Below, one piece after another: positions 21,700-30,812 of a stretch of DNA of 64,000 bases. The DNA lies in the NCBI GenBank assembly GCA_041736175.1, contig JBGSUI010000218.1, forward strand, positions 28,905 through 92,904, written 5' to 3'. How positions within the stretch are numbered: position 1 is the stretch's first letter; each line of letters opens with the position of its first letter. The notes below the pieces were generated by a model. It made no database searches and had not been told where the DNA came from. It saw only the letters and a list, made by a program, of their open reading frames with translations. A program made the translations under genes and the position numbers. The DNA is from Oligoflexales bacterium (GTDB taxonomy: Bacteria > Bdellovibrionota_B > Oligoflexia > Oligoflexales > CAIYRB01).

Positions 21700-22227
21700 T
21701 CACTTTGCTCCAACATGCGTTAATTTAGTTTCAAAAGCATAATTTCTAATGCCTATTTCAGCAAGGACGAGGATGATCGGTTTAAGATGCGCATAGGTTA
21801 AATGACGATCTGCTGCAATCAAAGCAGTGGTCTTTTCGGTCTTAAATCTGTTACTGAGGGATACTGATTTTATTTCTGTCTCTGCCATTTCTTTAAGATC
21901 AAGCATAAAGGTTCGCAGAGGTTCTAGATCTTGATTCGCTTGTTTCCATTTAAAGACTTTTCTTTGGGCTGTGGTCACTACAATTTCGTCCCCTATCGGA
22001 GTCACCGAAAACCACAAGGGTACATCGGGGAAACTATTTGTTTGATATTCAATCGGATTGGATGGATTGCCTGCTCTGGGATTTGAGCCGTTAATGATGT
22101 GGGTTGTGAGAATAAAGACAAATTGGAACGAAATAAAAAATAGAAATGGAAAAAAAATTATGTTTTCATCTGTTCTAAGCTTTAGTCTCCTAAAAGACCC
22201 ATTGATAATATCAAATTTTTTAGTCAT
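21700..22227 (-). CDS. Divergent ExbD/TolR-like protein
   Basis: N-terminal TM; C-terminal LIAADRHLTYAHLKPIILVLAEIGIRNYAF matches the ExbD periplasmic signature; ATGA coupling to the upstream gene. Confidence 0.72.
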   Translation of the reverse strand: MTKKFDIINGSFRRLKLRTDENIIFFPFLFFISFQFVFILTTHIINGSNPRAGNPSNPIEYQTNSFPDVPLWFSVTPIGDEIVVTTAQRKVFKWKQANQDLEPLRTFMLDLKEMAETEIKSVSLSNRFKTEKTTALIAADRHLTYAHLKPIILVLAEIGIRNYAFETKLTHVGAK

Positions 22228-22778
22228 TTTAATCCACTACCCATAACTACCCGACCAATCAAAGGTGACTTTTTAAGCTCAAAAACAACCTGCGTCACAA
22301 TTGACACAGGTATATCGCCCGAAGGTACAAAAACAAGGATTTTATCAATAGGAATATTTTCTACTTTTGAGCGGTTGTTTATCCACCGTTCCATAGAATC
22401 TATAAGTTGACCTAGAAGCGGCGCCCCATCTTGATGGGGAATTACAAATTTATTATCTTTATCTGCATAATCTTCTGAAAAAGCTCCCATACTGCCAAAG
22501 TAAAAAGCCTTAGAGGTCAACACCACCATAGGCGTTGTTTTTGCCAAATAATTCCTTGGCTCTTCGCGAAAGCGGTGCATCCCAACATCCAGAATCCCAT
22601 GACTTAAAACCGGTATCTCAAGCGACACGGCACCATAACTACCGGGCATCAAAACGGTCCTAAGTGCAAACGTCAACACCACGACAAGCGAGAAGTAGCC
22701 GCATAGGACAATCGACCACTCCCAATTGACTTCAAATGATCTCTTCTTCGTCCTTGATATCCTCGACTGATACATCAT
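22224..22778 (-). CDS. Divergent ExbD/TolR-like protein
   Basis: Basic N-terminus plus TM; C-terminal LVFVPSGDIPVSIVTQVVFELKK; located between a tolQ-like and an exbD-like gene. Likely start MMYQ at 22778/22775. Confidence 0.62.
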   Translation of the reverse strand: MMYQSRISRTKKRSFEVNWEWSIVLCGYFSLVVVLTFALRTVLMPGSYGAVSLEIPVLSHGILDVGMHRFREEPRNYLAKTTPMVVLTSKAFYFGSMGAFSEDYADKDNKFVIPHQDGAPLLGQLIDSMERWINNRSKVENIPIDKILVFVPSGDIPVSIVTQVVFELKKSPLIGRVVMGSGLK

Positions 22779-23532
22779 CAAAAGTCTCGTCTGTTGTATG
22801 AGCTGCGTCTTTAGAAGTTGCCGATGAATCCCCACCAGGTATCACGTCACTTTCCCTTGTGGAATCGCCAGAAGACATGGCTCCCATTACGGGCATCATG
22901 GCCATCGCCTCCGGTGGAGCTAACAGATTAATAAGGACAGTGACACCATAATGAATTTTCTCTCCTAGCATATTAGCCACTCCTTTCAATAGGTAGTGAC
23001 CTGACAAAAACAGCATTCCGAACAACAGTCCGACCGCCGTCGGATTAAGCGACGATGCGATCCCCTGAGCCAAGGTTGCCTGCTTTTTAGCGGTATCTAG
23101 CACATCAACGCTATGAAAAGCGGCCCAAAGGGCGTCGATAGTACCCAAAAGCCCAAGCAGCATGATAATGAGAGTACATCCTGGTAACAAGGAGAGCCTT
23201 TTATCGATATATGGCAAAAAATCGATCGTCTCCTCTTCGATAACACCCCTAACTTTGCTTGGGTCCGTCTCAAGTACCTCCAAAGCCTTAAGTGAGATTT
23301 TAGGCAGTGAGGTTTTAGATACACTTCGGCAAAAGGCCATAGCTCTTTCGAGATCCTCTGCTGCAACCATTTTTTTGAGATTGGAAAGAAACTTTGAAAA
23401 ATCAATATGAAATACGAGCTGGTACATAATAAGCCGCTCAAAAAAAACCATTGTCCCGAAAAACCCTATAATCAATATCATAATTACATAAAAGTTTGAA
23501 TTTTTTAAACTTAAAGCGATTTCACCCCACAT
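22732..23532 (-). CDS. MotA/TolQ/ExbB-family channel subunit (AglR-like) with acidic tail
   Basis: FFER after TM1; LLGLLGTI...AF; LAQGIASSLNPTAVGL; GGAGG RBS. Confidence 0.88.
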   Translation of the reverse strand: MWGEIALSLKNSNFYVIMILIIGFFGTMVFFERLIMYQLVFHIDFSKFLSNLKKMVAAEDLERAMAFCRSVSKTSLPKISLKALEVLETDPSKVRGVIEEETIDFLPYIDKRLSLLPGCTLIIMLLGLLGTIDALWAAFHSVDVLDTAKKQATLAQGIASSLNPTAVGLLFGMLFLSGHYLLKGVANMLGEKIHYGVTVLINLLAPPEAMAMMPVMGAMSSGDSTRESDVIPGGDSSATSKDAAHTTDETFDDVSVEDIKDEEEII

Positions 23533-23609
23533 AATTAAACCTCCGATAATTTATTTTAAACATTGTGGGGCGATTTTGCAATTAATAGGCCAACCTATTG
23601 GAGATCTTC

Positions 23610-23637
23610 TAAAGCCATCCATTTGTTTAGCCGATCA
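23610..23637 (+). promoter_or_regulatory. Putative sigma28 (FliA)-type promoter
   Basis: TAAA-N16-GCCGATCA, 7 nt upstream of ATG 23645. Confidence 0.5.
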
Positions 23638-23644
23638 GAATATC

Positions 23645-25501
23645 ATGGGACTTAAATCGATTCTAAGATTTTTATGGATTGTCTTATTACTAGACCAGGC
23701 AATGGAATCAGCATTTGCCGAAAACGTGCTGACGATTGATCGGCATTTTACTGGTACCTCTCTTGGTCGGGCATTAAACTACCTAAAATCAACTGATAGC
23801 CAGGGCCACCCGCAAAACCGAGAATACCTCCGTAATAATCGCCACATTTTTCATGCCGTTGGCGAACACCACTTTCATCAACTGACTATAGAAAACACGG
23901 AATCTTATCCCCTAGATCTAGTGATCTTTTCTGAAATTCCCTTAGGGATTTTAAAATTACAAAATCTTGATTCTACAACTCCTCCGCACCTTGGAGGCAA
24001 GCTATATGGAGATAATCAAATACCGCAGTCAATCCTTACAGCAACTTCGTTGTTTGCCCCACCCGGACAGAGCACTTATGAGATTGAGACTTCGAGACTG
24101 CAAAACATCGGGGCTACTCAGCTATTTCTTTGGACAGAGAAAAATTTTAAGATTTATGAAAAAGAAAGCATTATCTACATCTCGTTGATTTTCGGCGCAG
24201 TCATCAGTCTTTTTCTCTACAATATCTTTCTGCTCACCGTCAACCCCAGCTCACTGATGATCTACTTTTCCATTTGCTGCTTTGCAGTGGGAATGTTCGA
24301 ATCTATTATCTCTGGTGCAAATTCAGTTTTTTCCTTTTATATTTACGACTATTCGACACGCCTATGGCCCCTATATTGTACGATTGGTGTGACTGGGTTT
24401 GCCCTTTTTCTAAGCGAAGTGACAACAGACCAAACAGCAAAACGTCTGAAATTTTGGGTTCGATTAAGTACTGGTATTGCCAACTTCATTTCACTAAACA
24501 TTATTCTTTTCCAAAACCATATTAATCATTACGCAAGCATAGCGATTGTCTTTGCAATCGTTGTCGTTATAGGTATTTTGCCACAGGTCCTAGGCCGCTT
24601 TAAACTCAAGGACCACCTAGTTTTCTACTCTTCTATTCCATTGATCGGCTCCACTGGATTTTATATTTTAGAAATGACCTCACTTATCTCCTCTGATTAT
24701 AATCTACTACGAATCCAGCTCATCACAGCGGTCCTATTTTTGCTTTCCCTATCGATCAATGCTGGTAACAAAACCCATGAGGATCGATTTCCGAAAATAA
24801 AGTTGCAAGAAATGATAACCTTAGGCCGAAATGTACAGGACTTACTTCTCCCTAAAAAACTTGAAGAGACCTTTAAGGATCTATCCTATAGTTTTGCCTA
24901 TGAGCCCTTTGAAGGCAAAATGTCCGGTGATTGGATAAAGCACTGGAAAACCTCTGATGGCAGTCATCACTTTTTGCTGGGTGATGTCACGGGAAAAGGG
25001 CCGCAAGCCGCTTTGGCAGTGTCCATCATCAGCACTGTCGTCGACCGCTGTATTCGACTGGACAACAATGCGAAGACTGCTTTGATTCAGATTAACAAGA
25101 CACTTTATAGTTTGCTCAATGGAAGTATGGGCTCAACCGCTTCTGGTGCGACCGTCAGATCTGATCTAGGGTTAGTCCTTTATAATACCGGTGGTATCGG
25201 TTGGATTCTCCAAAAATTAGACCAATCCAAACACGTCTTAGGTCGTAGCTCGATATTAGGCCAGAAGCCCTATGTGGATATTTCTGAATTTATTTACAAA
25301 CCCCATGAGTGGCCCGTGATTTGCACCTTTACCGATGGGCTCTGTAATGGGCCGAGAGCCATAAAGCAACTCTCGAGCCATCTTCTCAAATACCAATCCA
25401 TGGGAGTCAATTCCCACGAAATCCGAAAATCTGCCCTAAACATCTCTAAAATCTTCGGTGACCCCCATGACGACAAGGCCTTTTTGGTCATTAAATTCTA
25501 G
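23645..25501 (+). CDS. 7TM-DISM-type sensor with SpoIIE/PP2C phosphatase output domain
   Basis: Signal peptide, extracellular domain and 7TM block starting FGAVISLFLYNIFL; SGDW, GDVTGKG, FTDG and HDDK motifs. Confidence 0.85.
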   Translation: MGLKSILRFLWIVLLLDQAMESAFAENVLTIDRHFTGTSLGRALNYLKSTDSQGHPQNREYLRNNRHIFHAVGEHHFHQLTIENTESYPLDLVIFSEIPLGILKLQNLDSTTPPHLGGKLYGDNQIPQSILTATSLFAPPGQSTYEIETSRLQNIGATQLFLWTEKNFKIYEKESIIYISLIFGAVISLFLYNIFLLTVNPSSLMIYFSICCFAVGMFESIISGANSVFSFYIYDYSTRLWPLYCTIGVTGFALFLSEVTTDQTAKRLKFWVRLSTGIANFISLNIILFQNHINHYASIAIVFAIVVVIGILPQVLGRFKLKDHLVFYSSIPLIGSTGFYILEMTSLISSDYNLLRIQLITAVLFLLSLSINAGNKTHEDRFPKIKLQEMITLGRNVQDLLLPKKLEETFKDLSYSFAYEPFEGKMSGDWIKHWKTSDGSHHFLLGDVTGKGPQAALAVSIISTVVDRCIRLDNNAKTALIQINKTLYSLLNGSMGSTASGATVRSDLGLVLYNTGGIGWILQKLDQSKHVLGRSSILGQKPYVDISEFIYKPHEWPVICTFTDGLCNGPRAIKQLSSHLLKYQSMGVNSHEIRKSALNISKIFGDPHDDKAFLVIKF

Positions 25502-27393
25502 GGTAGCTGACCCCATACTTGTACACCCTCCGAAAAAACCGGTATTTTTTCGGATTTTCTAAATTCAAAACCTACGAGCTCCTGAAAGGACCAGTCATTT
25601 TCTGTCTTCCATTTTCCTAGTTCATTAGGCAACGATAAACGAAATTGAATCTCTTTCTGTGAGTCGCCTTCACCTATAGGCTTGACCGCTGCTTTACTGA
25701 AATCAGCCTCGACATAGTAGATGGAGCGGCTTTTGTCGTATGCCTTTACTTCAGAGATTTGCACACCTTGATTGTAGTTTGTAGTGACTTTTATATTTCC
25801 AAAAATATTCTGGTTTTCTGGAATTTCGCTTAGACTAAAAAAGTACTTGGCAAGCAACTTAGGCGAACTTCTTGCTGGCCATGCCGTATGGTTGTGCATT
25901 TTCAATGCGATTTCGATAAAGTTATCTCCTTCAACGTTGATTCTCGCCGTAGAAAAAAACTCTTCGTCTTTTATTTCTGGAGCTGGAAACCCTACTTCGG
26001 CAAGACCACCATAGACATCAACCAAAGCTGCGAGTGCACCTTGAAAACCTCCGTTGTAATCCAGGGCGACTTCGTTTTTAACATAATCACTCCGATCGTC
26101 CTGATAGCGGTCCTCTAAATCAGGACCACCCACTAAGGCTCCATATAAGACATGTCTATTTTTAACTGGGATTCCTATATTATTGCTCCATGCTCCATGG
26201 GCCCCACGGTGGTGTGGATTTTGCGGATACCGATCTCCGATGCCTATAACATAAGAGGTTTTTGCGGGATTGTTCCCTAACATATAGTCGATCTGTGATT
26301 TTCCAAAGCTCCAATACCTAGTGGATTTTTCGGGGTCTTTATCCCTGAGATATTTTGAATAGATCAGAGCTAGCATCGAGGTGTTCGCGCTATAACGGAG
26401 CGAACCCCACATATCGAGCCAAGCCAAACCACCAGGGGTATAGCGCACCCGTCCTTCGGGGACACCCACTGACCAGTAATCCAGCCATTTTTCTGCTGCA
26501 GCTTGGTATTTGGCGGCGCCGGTTATCTGAGCCAGCAGAATATAAGACCCATAGGTTTTGTCATCCCAGGCATGGGTCCACTTATAGGGATACTCCCCAT
26601 TTTGCTTCAGTTGATCAAACCCGCTCTCTGCTTTTGCTAAGTAAGTTGACTTTCCTGTTGCTTGGTAGAGCCATAGGGCCCCCCAAACCAGTTCATCTTG
26701 ATATCCTGTCGACCTGTAGTAGGCCCCAGCATCTCTGATACAGTCAGAATACAAACCTCTAAATTGGTCAGCAAACTCATAGAGCTCTTCACTGTGTCGT
26801 ATCAATTTTTGTGAATACTCGTGATCGATATCTCTATAAACCATACCTGCTGCTGCCATAGAGGCTGCCGTTTCCCCGGCCAAATCAGAGCCGGGACAAG
26901 ATGGCTCGATCTTAAAAGCCCTGCGCACCATAGGCATCACTTCGGCTGGCCCCCAATACCCATGATCGGGTCCCCCTTCTCCTACCTGTCCCCACAAAAC
27001 ATGGGGAGTCGGATGAGCTTTAATAAAGTAGTCGTTGATCCATTTTAAACTTTCTAAGGCATACGTTTCCTGGCCAAGGGCTTTGTAGGCGCCTTTGTTT
27101 TCGATAATACTCCATGCCAGGAGTGTTGCTGTCGATGCCGCGGGAAAGCCGAATTTGACATGATCACCCGCATCATACCAGCCCCCAGTCAAATCGATTC
27201 CCTCCTCCAAACCATCCCTCACTCCCGAATCGCCTCGCCAGGTAACCCGAAAATCCTGTGGCAAAACACCTGATCGTTGAGAGTCATAAAAAAAGAGGGA
27301 TTTCTGCAGACTTTCTGCATAATTTGGCACCTCTGAATATCCTATGCTAGAGCTAAGACCACACCATATTAAACAGCCTATAAGTCTTTTCAG
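25498..27393 (-). CDS. Secreted GH9 endoglucanase with CBM3c module
   Basis: Signal peptide; QRSG...WRGDS, GGWYDAGDHVKF, DELVWGALWLY, PHHR and DDRSDYVKNEVALDYN; CBM3c NHTAWPAR...KEIQFR. GGAGG RBS before ATG 27393. Confidence 0.93.
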   Translation of the reverse strand: MKRLIGCLIWCGLSSSIGYSEVPNYAESLQKSLFFYDSQRSGVLPQDFRVTWRGDSGVRDGLEEGIDLTGGWYDAGDHVKFGFPAASTATLLAWSIIENKGAYKALGQETYALESLKWINDYFIKAHPTPHVLWGQVGEGGPDHGYWGPAEVMPMVRRAFKIEPSCPGSDLAGETAASMAAAGMVYRDIDHEYSQKLIRHSEELYEFADQFRGLYSDCIRDAGAYYRSTGYQDELVWGALWLYQATGKSTYLAKAESGFDQLKQNGEYPYKWTHAWDDKTYGSYILLAQITGAAKYQAAAEKWLDYWSVGVPEGRVRYTPGGLAWLDMWGSLRYSANTSMLALIYSKYLRDKDPEKSTRYWSFGKSQIDYMLGNNPAKTSYVIGIGDRYPQNPHHRGAHGAWSNNIGIPVKNRHVLYGALVGGPDLEDRYQDDRSDYVKNEVALDYNGGFQGALAALVDVYGGLAEVGFPAPEIKDEEFFSTARINVEGDNFIEIALKMHNHTAWPARSSPKLLAKYFFSLSEIPENQNIFGNIKVTTNYNQGVQISEVKAYDKSRSIYYVEADFSKAAVKPIGEGDSQKEIQFRLSLPNELGKWKTENDWSFQELVGFEFRKSEKIPVFSEGVQVWGQLP

Positions 27394-27418
27394 CATATTG
27401 CCTCCATTTAGAAAATAA

Positions 27419-28489
27419 CTACAATTGAAGCCCAGAATCACAACTCTGTCCAGGAAACAAGCAAGCGGTTCGAGCCGTTTTTGCTACACTGTAAGGATCT
27501 GTAACAGCGATTTGCTGACCATAGGGAGTAAGAGTCTGCCAGTCGTTGGGATCGTATAGGTTCAAGCTTTCGAGATCGTTGCTGTTGCCACTAAATGACC
27601 AGGCCATGGTTCCAACCTTGGGGACTCCCATTTCGGCCTGTTCCATCACGGTGCTACAAGGTACTTTTTGTCCGGGATAATGGTCACAGGCGAATTCTCC
27701 AATCAATAAGGGAATCTCCATCTTTCTCGCCATACTAAAGGCGTTTATAACGTGGTTTGGAGTTGAAAAAACATCGTAAATATGAGTGCTAAAAAGGAGA
27801 TTGCTATCTTGACTCATTAGAGTTTTGGCTTTTTCAATAATGCTCGAAAACTGTTGGCCCCATCCTCGAGCATCGATGACAAGGGTATGATCAAGCCCCG
27901 CATGGCGAAGGCGGCTTATCTCCTTTAGGTAGGTATCCACATAAATATTGGATGGATCATCCCAAGCTCCATACCATTCATTTGCGATATTTATGATAAG
28001 CATGTCTTTATAATGATTCAAAACTTCTTTCACGTCCTCCCGCATATACCATTCCGACATCTTGATAAGTTCCCCTGGATCATTAGAACCTGTTGCATTT
28101 TGCAAATTCATAACAGCCACAAGTTCTAGCTCTCTCATTTTTGCTAAAACACGCTCCAAATCTTGAATTGGACGAAAGTCTTTGGGTTCACAACGGCCCG
28201 CTCGGACAAGGTTATCTGCACACCATACAATTCTTACAGCATTGAATTGGTTGGCTTTCGCCACATTTAGAGCCGTAAACGAGCGGTCGAAATAGTAAGC
28301 AAAGGGCATGTTTAAACCCCTAATCACAAACTCATGATTTGTGATATCGATGAGTTTCCCCTGGAGAACCTTAAAAGTATTTTTTTCGGATCCGGGTACG
28401 CCTTGAGTCTCACTCTCGGTTGTTCCCACAGGAAATCCACAACTAATACTGCAAAATAGACACACAAGAGCGAGCCTCAACCATTTTGT
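27419..28489 (-). CDS. GH5 glycoside hydrolase lipoprotein (beta-mannanase-like, resembles GH5_8)
   Basis: Lipobox-like SISC; NAVRIV, INIANEW (acid/base E), GWGQ, STHIY and IGEF (nucleophile E). Confidence 0.85.
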   Translation of the reverse strand, partial: TKWLRLALVCLFCSISCGFPVGTTESETQGVPGSEKNTFKVLQGKLIDITNHEFVIRGLNMPFAYYFDRSFTALNVAKANQFNAVRIVWCADNLVRAGRCEPKDFRPIQDLERVLAKMRELELVAVMNLQNATGSNDPGELIKMSEWYMREDVKEVLNHYKDMLIINIANEWYGAWDDPSNIYVDTYLKEISRLRHAGLDHTLVIDARGWGQQFSSIIEKAKTLMSQDSNLLFSTHIYDVFSTPNHVINAFSMARKMEIPLLIGEFACDHYPGQKVPCSTVMEQAEMGVPKVGTMAWSFSGNSNDLESLNLYDPNDWQTLTPYGQQIAVTDPYSVAKTARTACLFPGQSCDSGLQL

Positions 28490-28930
28490 CATTCCCACCC
28501 TCCCTAAACAAATTTTTAATCTACTTAAACAGGTAAACACATATAATTTGCCGACTAGGCCGGCTCGCTATTAAAACGCTACTGAACACAGTAGGGTCAT
28601 TCAGGAGAAATAGGATATGACGTCATGTTGAATCCTATTCCCAATCAAAAAATTTAGCAAGCATTATCCCTGGATTTTAAATCCTTTGTAATAGTTATGT
28701 GATATAAAACTATTAAAAATCCAAATATTCAATCACTACCTATAAGTCACTAACTTAAAATCAAATCTGCTGCCAATCTTTTGAGTTATGGTTCGCTACA
28801 ATGCTGAAAAATAGCTCATGAAGGCGACTGGTTTACTACTAAGTTATCATTGAAATATTTTCATAAATTAAATTTTTTTGAATTTTTATTTAACTTTTTT
28901 AAACCTCCAACCGAGTCCTCACCTTGTTAT

Positions 28931-28947
28931 TTGGCCTTGCTTCTGCG
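28931..28947 (+). promoter_or_regulatory. Putative sigma54 promoter of the cytochrome lipoprotein gene
   Basis: TTGGCCTTGCTTCTGCG has GG-N10-GC spacing, 45 nt upstream of ATG 28992, after a long AT-rich intergenic region. Confidence 0.45.
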
Positions 28948-28991
28948 AAGCAGTCCAATTGTGATCAATCTAGTTATAGGGGAGCACTATC

Positions 28992-30737
28992 ATGAAGTGG
29001 ATAAACTATGCCTATTTGGCGGTGACAATCACCACCATCGGGTCATGTGGCAAAACCGAAATGACCGCTAAGCAACCTGAGAAGCCAGTTTTGGATGATT
29101 CACGACTCAATCCAAACAATCCTGACCAAAGCCTTGATGCTAAAGCGAGGCGTGCTGAATCAAAGGGACCCGAGTCAACAAAAGACGACCTCATCACCAA
29201 CCCACCTTCTACTCCAGTAGAACCATCCGAACCGGACTCTGCACCTCCCAACCAAACAACACCCGACCCTCAAGTCTCTAATCCTGAACCTCAAACTGAA
29301 AGTGGACCTGGTTCCTCCGAAATGCCCCCGGTTCCGGAAACAGAAAAGCCTGCGCCTCCAGAGACCGCTCCTGAAGCTCCCAAAAATGCGCCTAAGGAAT
29401 TCACAGAAGAAGATGTCTTTAAAGCTTTGCCAGCCGGAAATGAGCAGCTTAAAATCCTTTGTGCCCGGCCTGGCCAAGACAAGGTCCGCCAAGTTTTCTG
29501 CAGCGCAACTCCACCCAAAATAACAGGGCTGGTCGATCTACAAAAAGCCCTAGGTCTAGGGATCAATGATGCCACGAGGGTTGGACGTAATAACAACGGT
29601 ACGGGTGGTAACGCTGCCTTTGTCTTTACCGCTGGCTCAAGCTCTTTGGTAGCCAAGTTCACCTCCTCAATCAATCCGCGTTTGATCATGTTTCAACGCT
29701 CAAACGGCAACAGAAATCCTTCTTTGGTCACCCTCGGCTTCGTTCGTGGCGAACAATTTGCCGAAATCATCGCTGGTGATCCATCCACCAACCAACTCAA
29801 TTTTTTCCTAGTCCGATTTGAACAAGCATGCAATGCCCGAGAGGCAGGTTGCACCCACGGAGAACTTTTAACGCCCGCTGTGGAAAGCAACTGGGTGAAT
29901 TTCACCATCTATGAGGATGTCGACGTTCAAAACACCATTGCGGACTGCAAACAATGCCACCAACCCGGCGGCGAGGGCACACCAAAGATGCTGCGTATGC
30001 AAGAGCTGAGAAATCCATGGACCCACTTTTTGAGAGATAATACTAATGGTGGTCAAGCCTTGATTGCTGATTACCAAGCTGCCCATGGGACCGCAGAAAC
30101 CATGGCGGGTATCCCCGGAACTATGGTTTCTTCTTCTGACCCCGCTCTCCTCGAAGATTTGGTCAGAGATAACGGATTTGCAGCTCAGCCCAACGAGTTT
30201 AGAACCGGAGCCATTGAAGGAGAAGTCAGAAATTCCAGCCCTGGCCAACCAGTTAATAACGCAACCCCGGGAACCAGCGCCACCTGGAACACTCTCTACA
30301 ATCAATTCGTTCTTGGTACCGTGATCGCTCCACCTTACCATGACGTTAAAGTCACCGACCCTGCCAAGCTACAGGTCATGACAAAAGCTTATCAGGATTT
30401 CCGCAATGGAACCTTACCAATGGATCAACTTCCAGACATTCGCGAAACAATTCCCGCTGTGGCCCTTAGAGACATGGGTATGATGGTTAAAGCTGGCCTG
30501 ACCGGCCCCCAAATTCTGGTCAATGCATGCGCCCAATGCCACAACTCCAATCTACCGCAAAACATCTCTCGCGCTAAGTTTAACGTCGACCTCACCAAAA
30601 TGTCTCGAGAAGAGAAGGATTTGGCTATCGTAAGACTTGGACTCCCGGCAACTGACCCTCGACGTATGCCACCTGCTCGCTTCCGTAGCCTTACCAAAGA
30701 AGAAATCCAGCTTCTAACCGACGAATTGAAAAAATAG
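28992..30737 (+). CDS. Diheme c-type cytochrome lipoprotein with Pro/Glu-rich N-terminal tether
   Basis: Lipobox IGSC; ~110-aa P/E/S/T-rich linker; two CxxCH motifs (CKQCH, CAQCH). Confidence 0.8.
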   Translation: MKWINYAYLAVTITTIGSCGKTEMTAKQPEKPVLDDSRLNPNNPDQSLDAKARRAESKGPESTKDDLITNPPSTPVEPSEPDSAPPNQTTPDPQVSNPEPQTESGPGSSEMPPVPETEKPAPPETAPEAPKNAPKEFTEEDVFKALPAGNEQLKILCARPGQDKVRQVFCSATPPKITGLVDLQKALGLGINDATRVGRNNNGTGGNAAFVFTAGSSSLVAKFTSSINPRLIMFQRSNGNRNPSLVTLGFVRGEQFAEIIAGDPSTNQLNFFLVRFEQACNAREAGCTHGELLTPAVESNWVNFTIYEDVDVQNTIADCKQCHQPGGEGTPKMLRMQELRNPWTHFLRDNTNGGQALIADYQAAHGTAETMAGIPGTMVSSSDPALLEDLVRDNGFAAQPNEFRTGAIEGEVRNSSPGQPVNNATPGTSATWNTLYNQFVLGTVIAPPYHDVKVTDPAKLQVMTKAYQDFRNGTLPMDQLPDIRETIPAVALRDMGMMVKAGLTGPQILVNACAQCHNSNLPQNISRAKFNVDLTKMSREEKDLAIVRLGLPATDPRRMPPARFRSLTKEEIQLLTDELKK

Positions 30738-30752
30738 CTCCTTCGAGGTCTT

Positions 30753-30812
30753 AAAAAGGAACTGCCAAAATCTTCCCTTAGCCGGGTTAGATATTGGCAA
30801 TTCCTACTTTTT
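30753..30812. terminator. Probable bidirectional terminator between convergent genes
   Basis: Imperfect inverted repeat AGGAACTGCCAAAATCT / AGATATTGGCAATTCCT, flanked by an A run and a T run. Confidence 0.6.
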
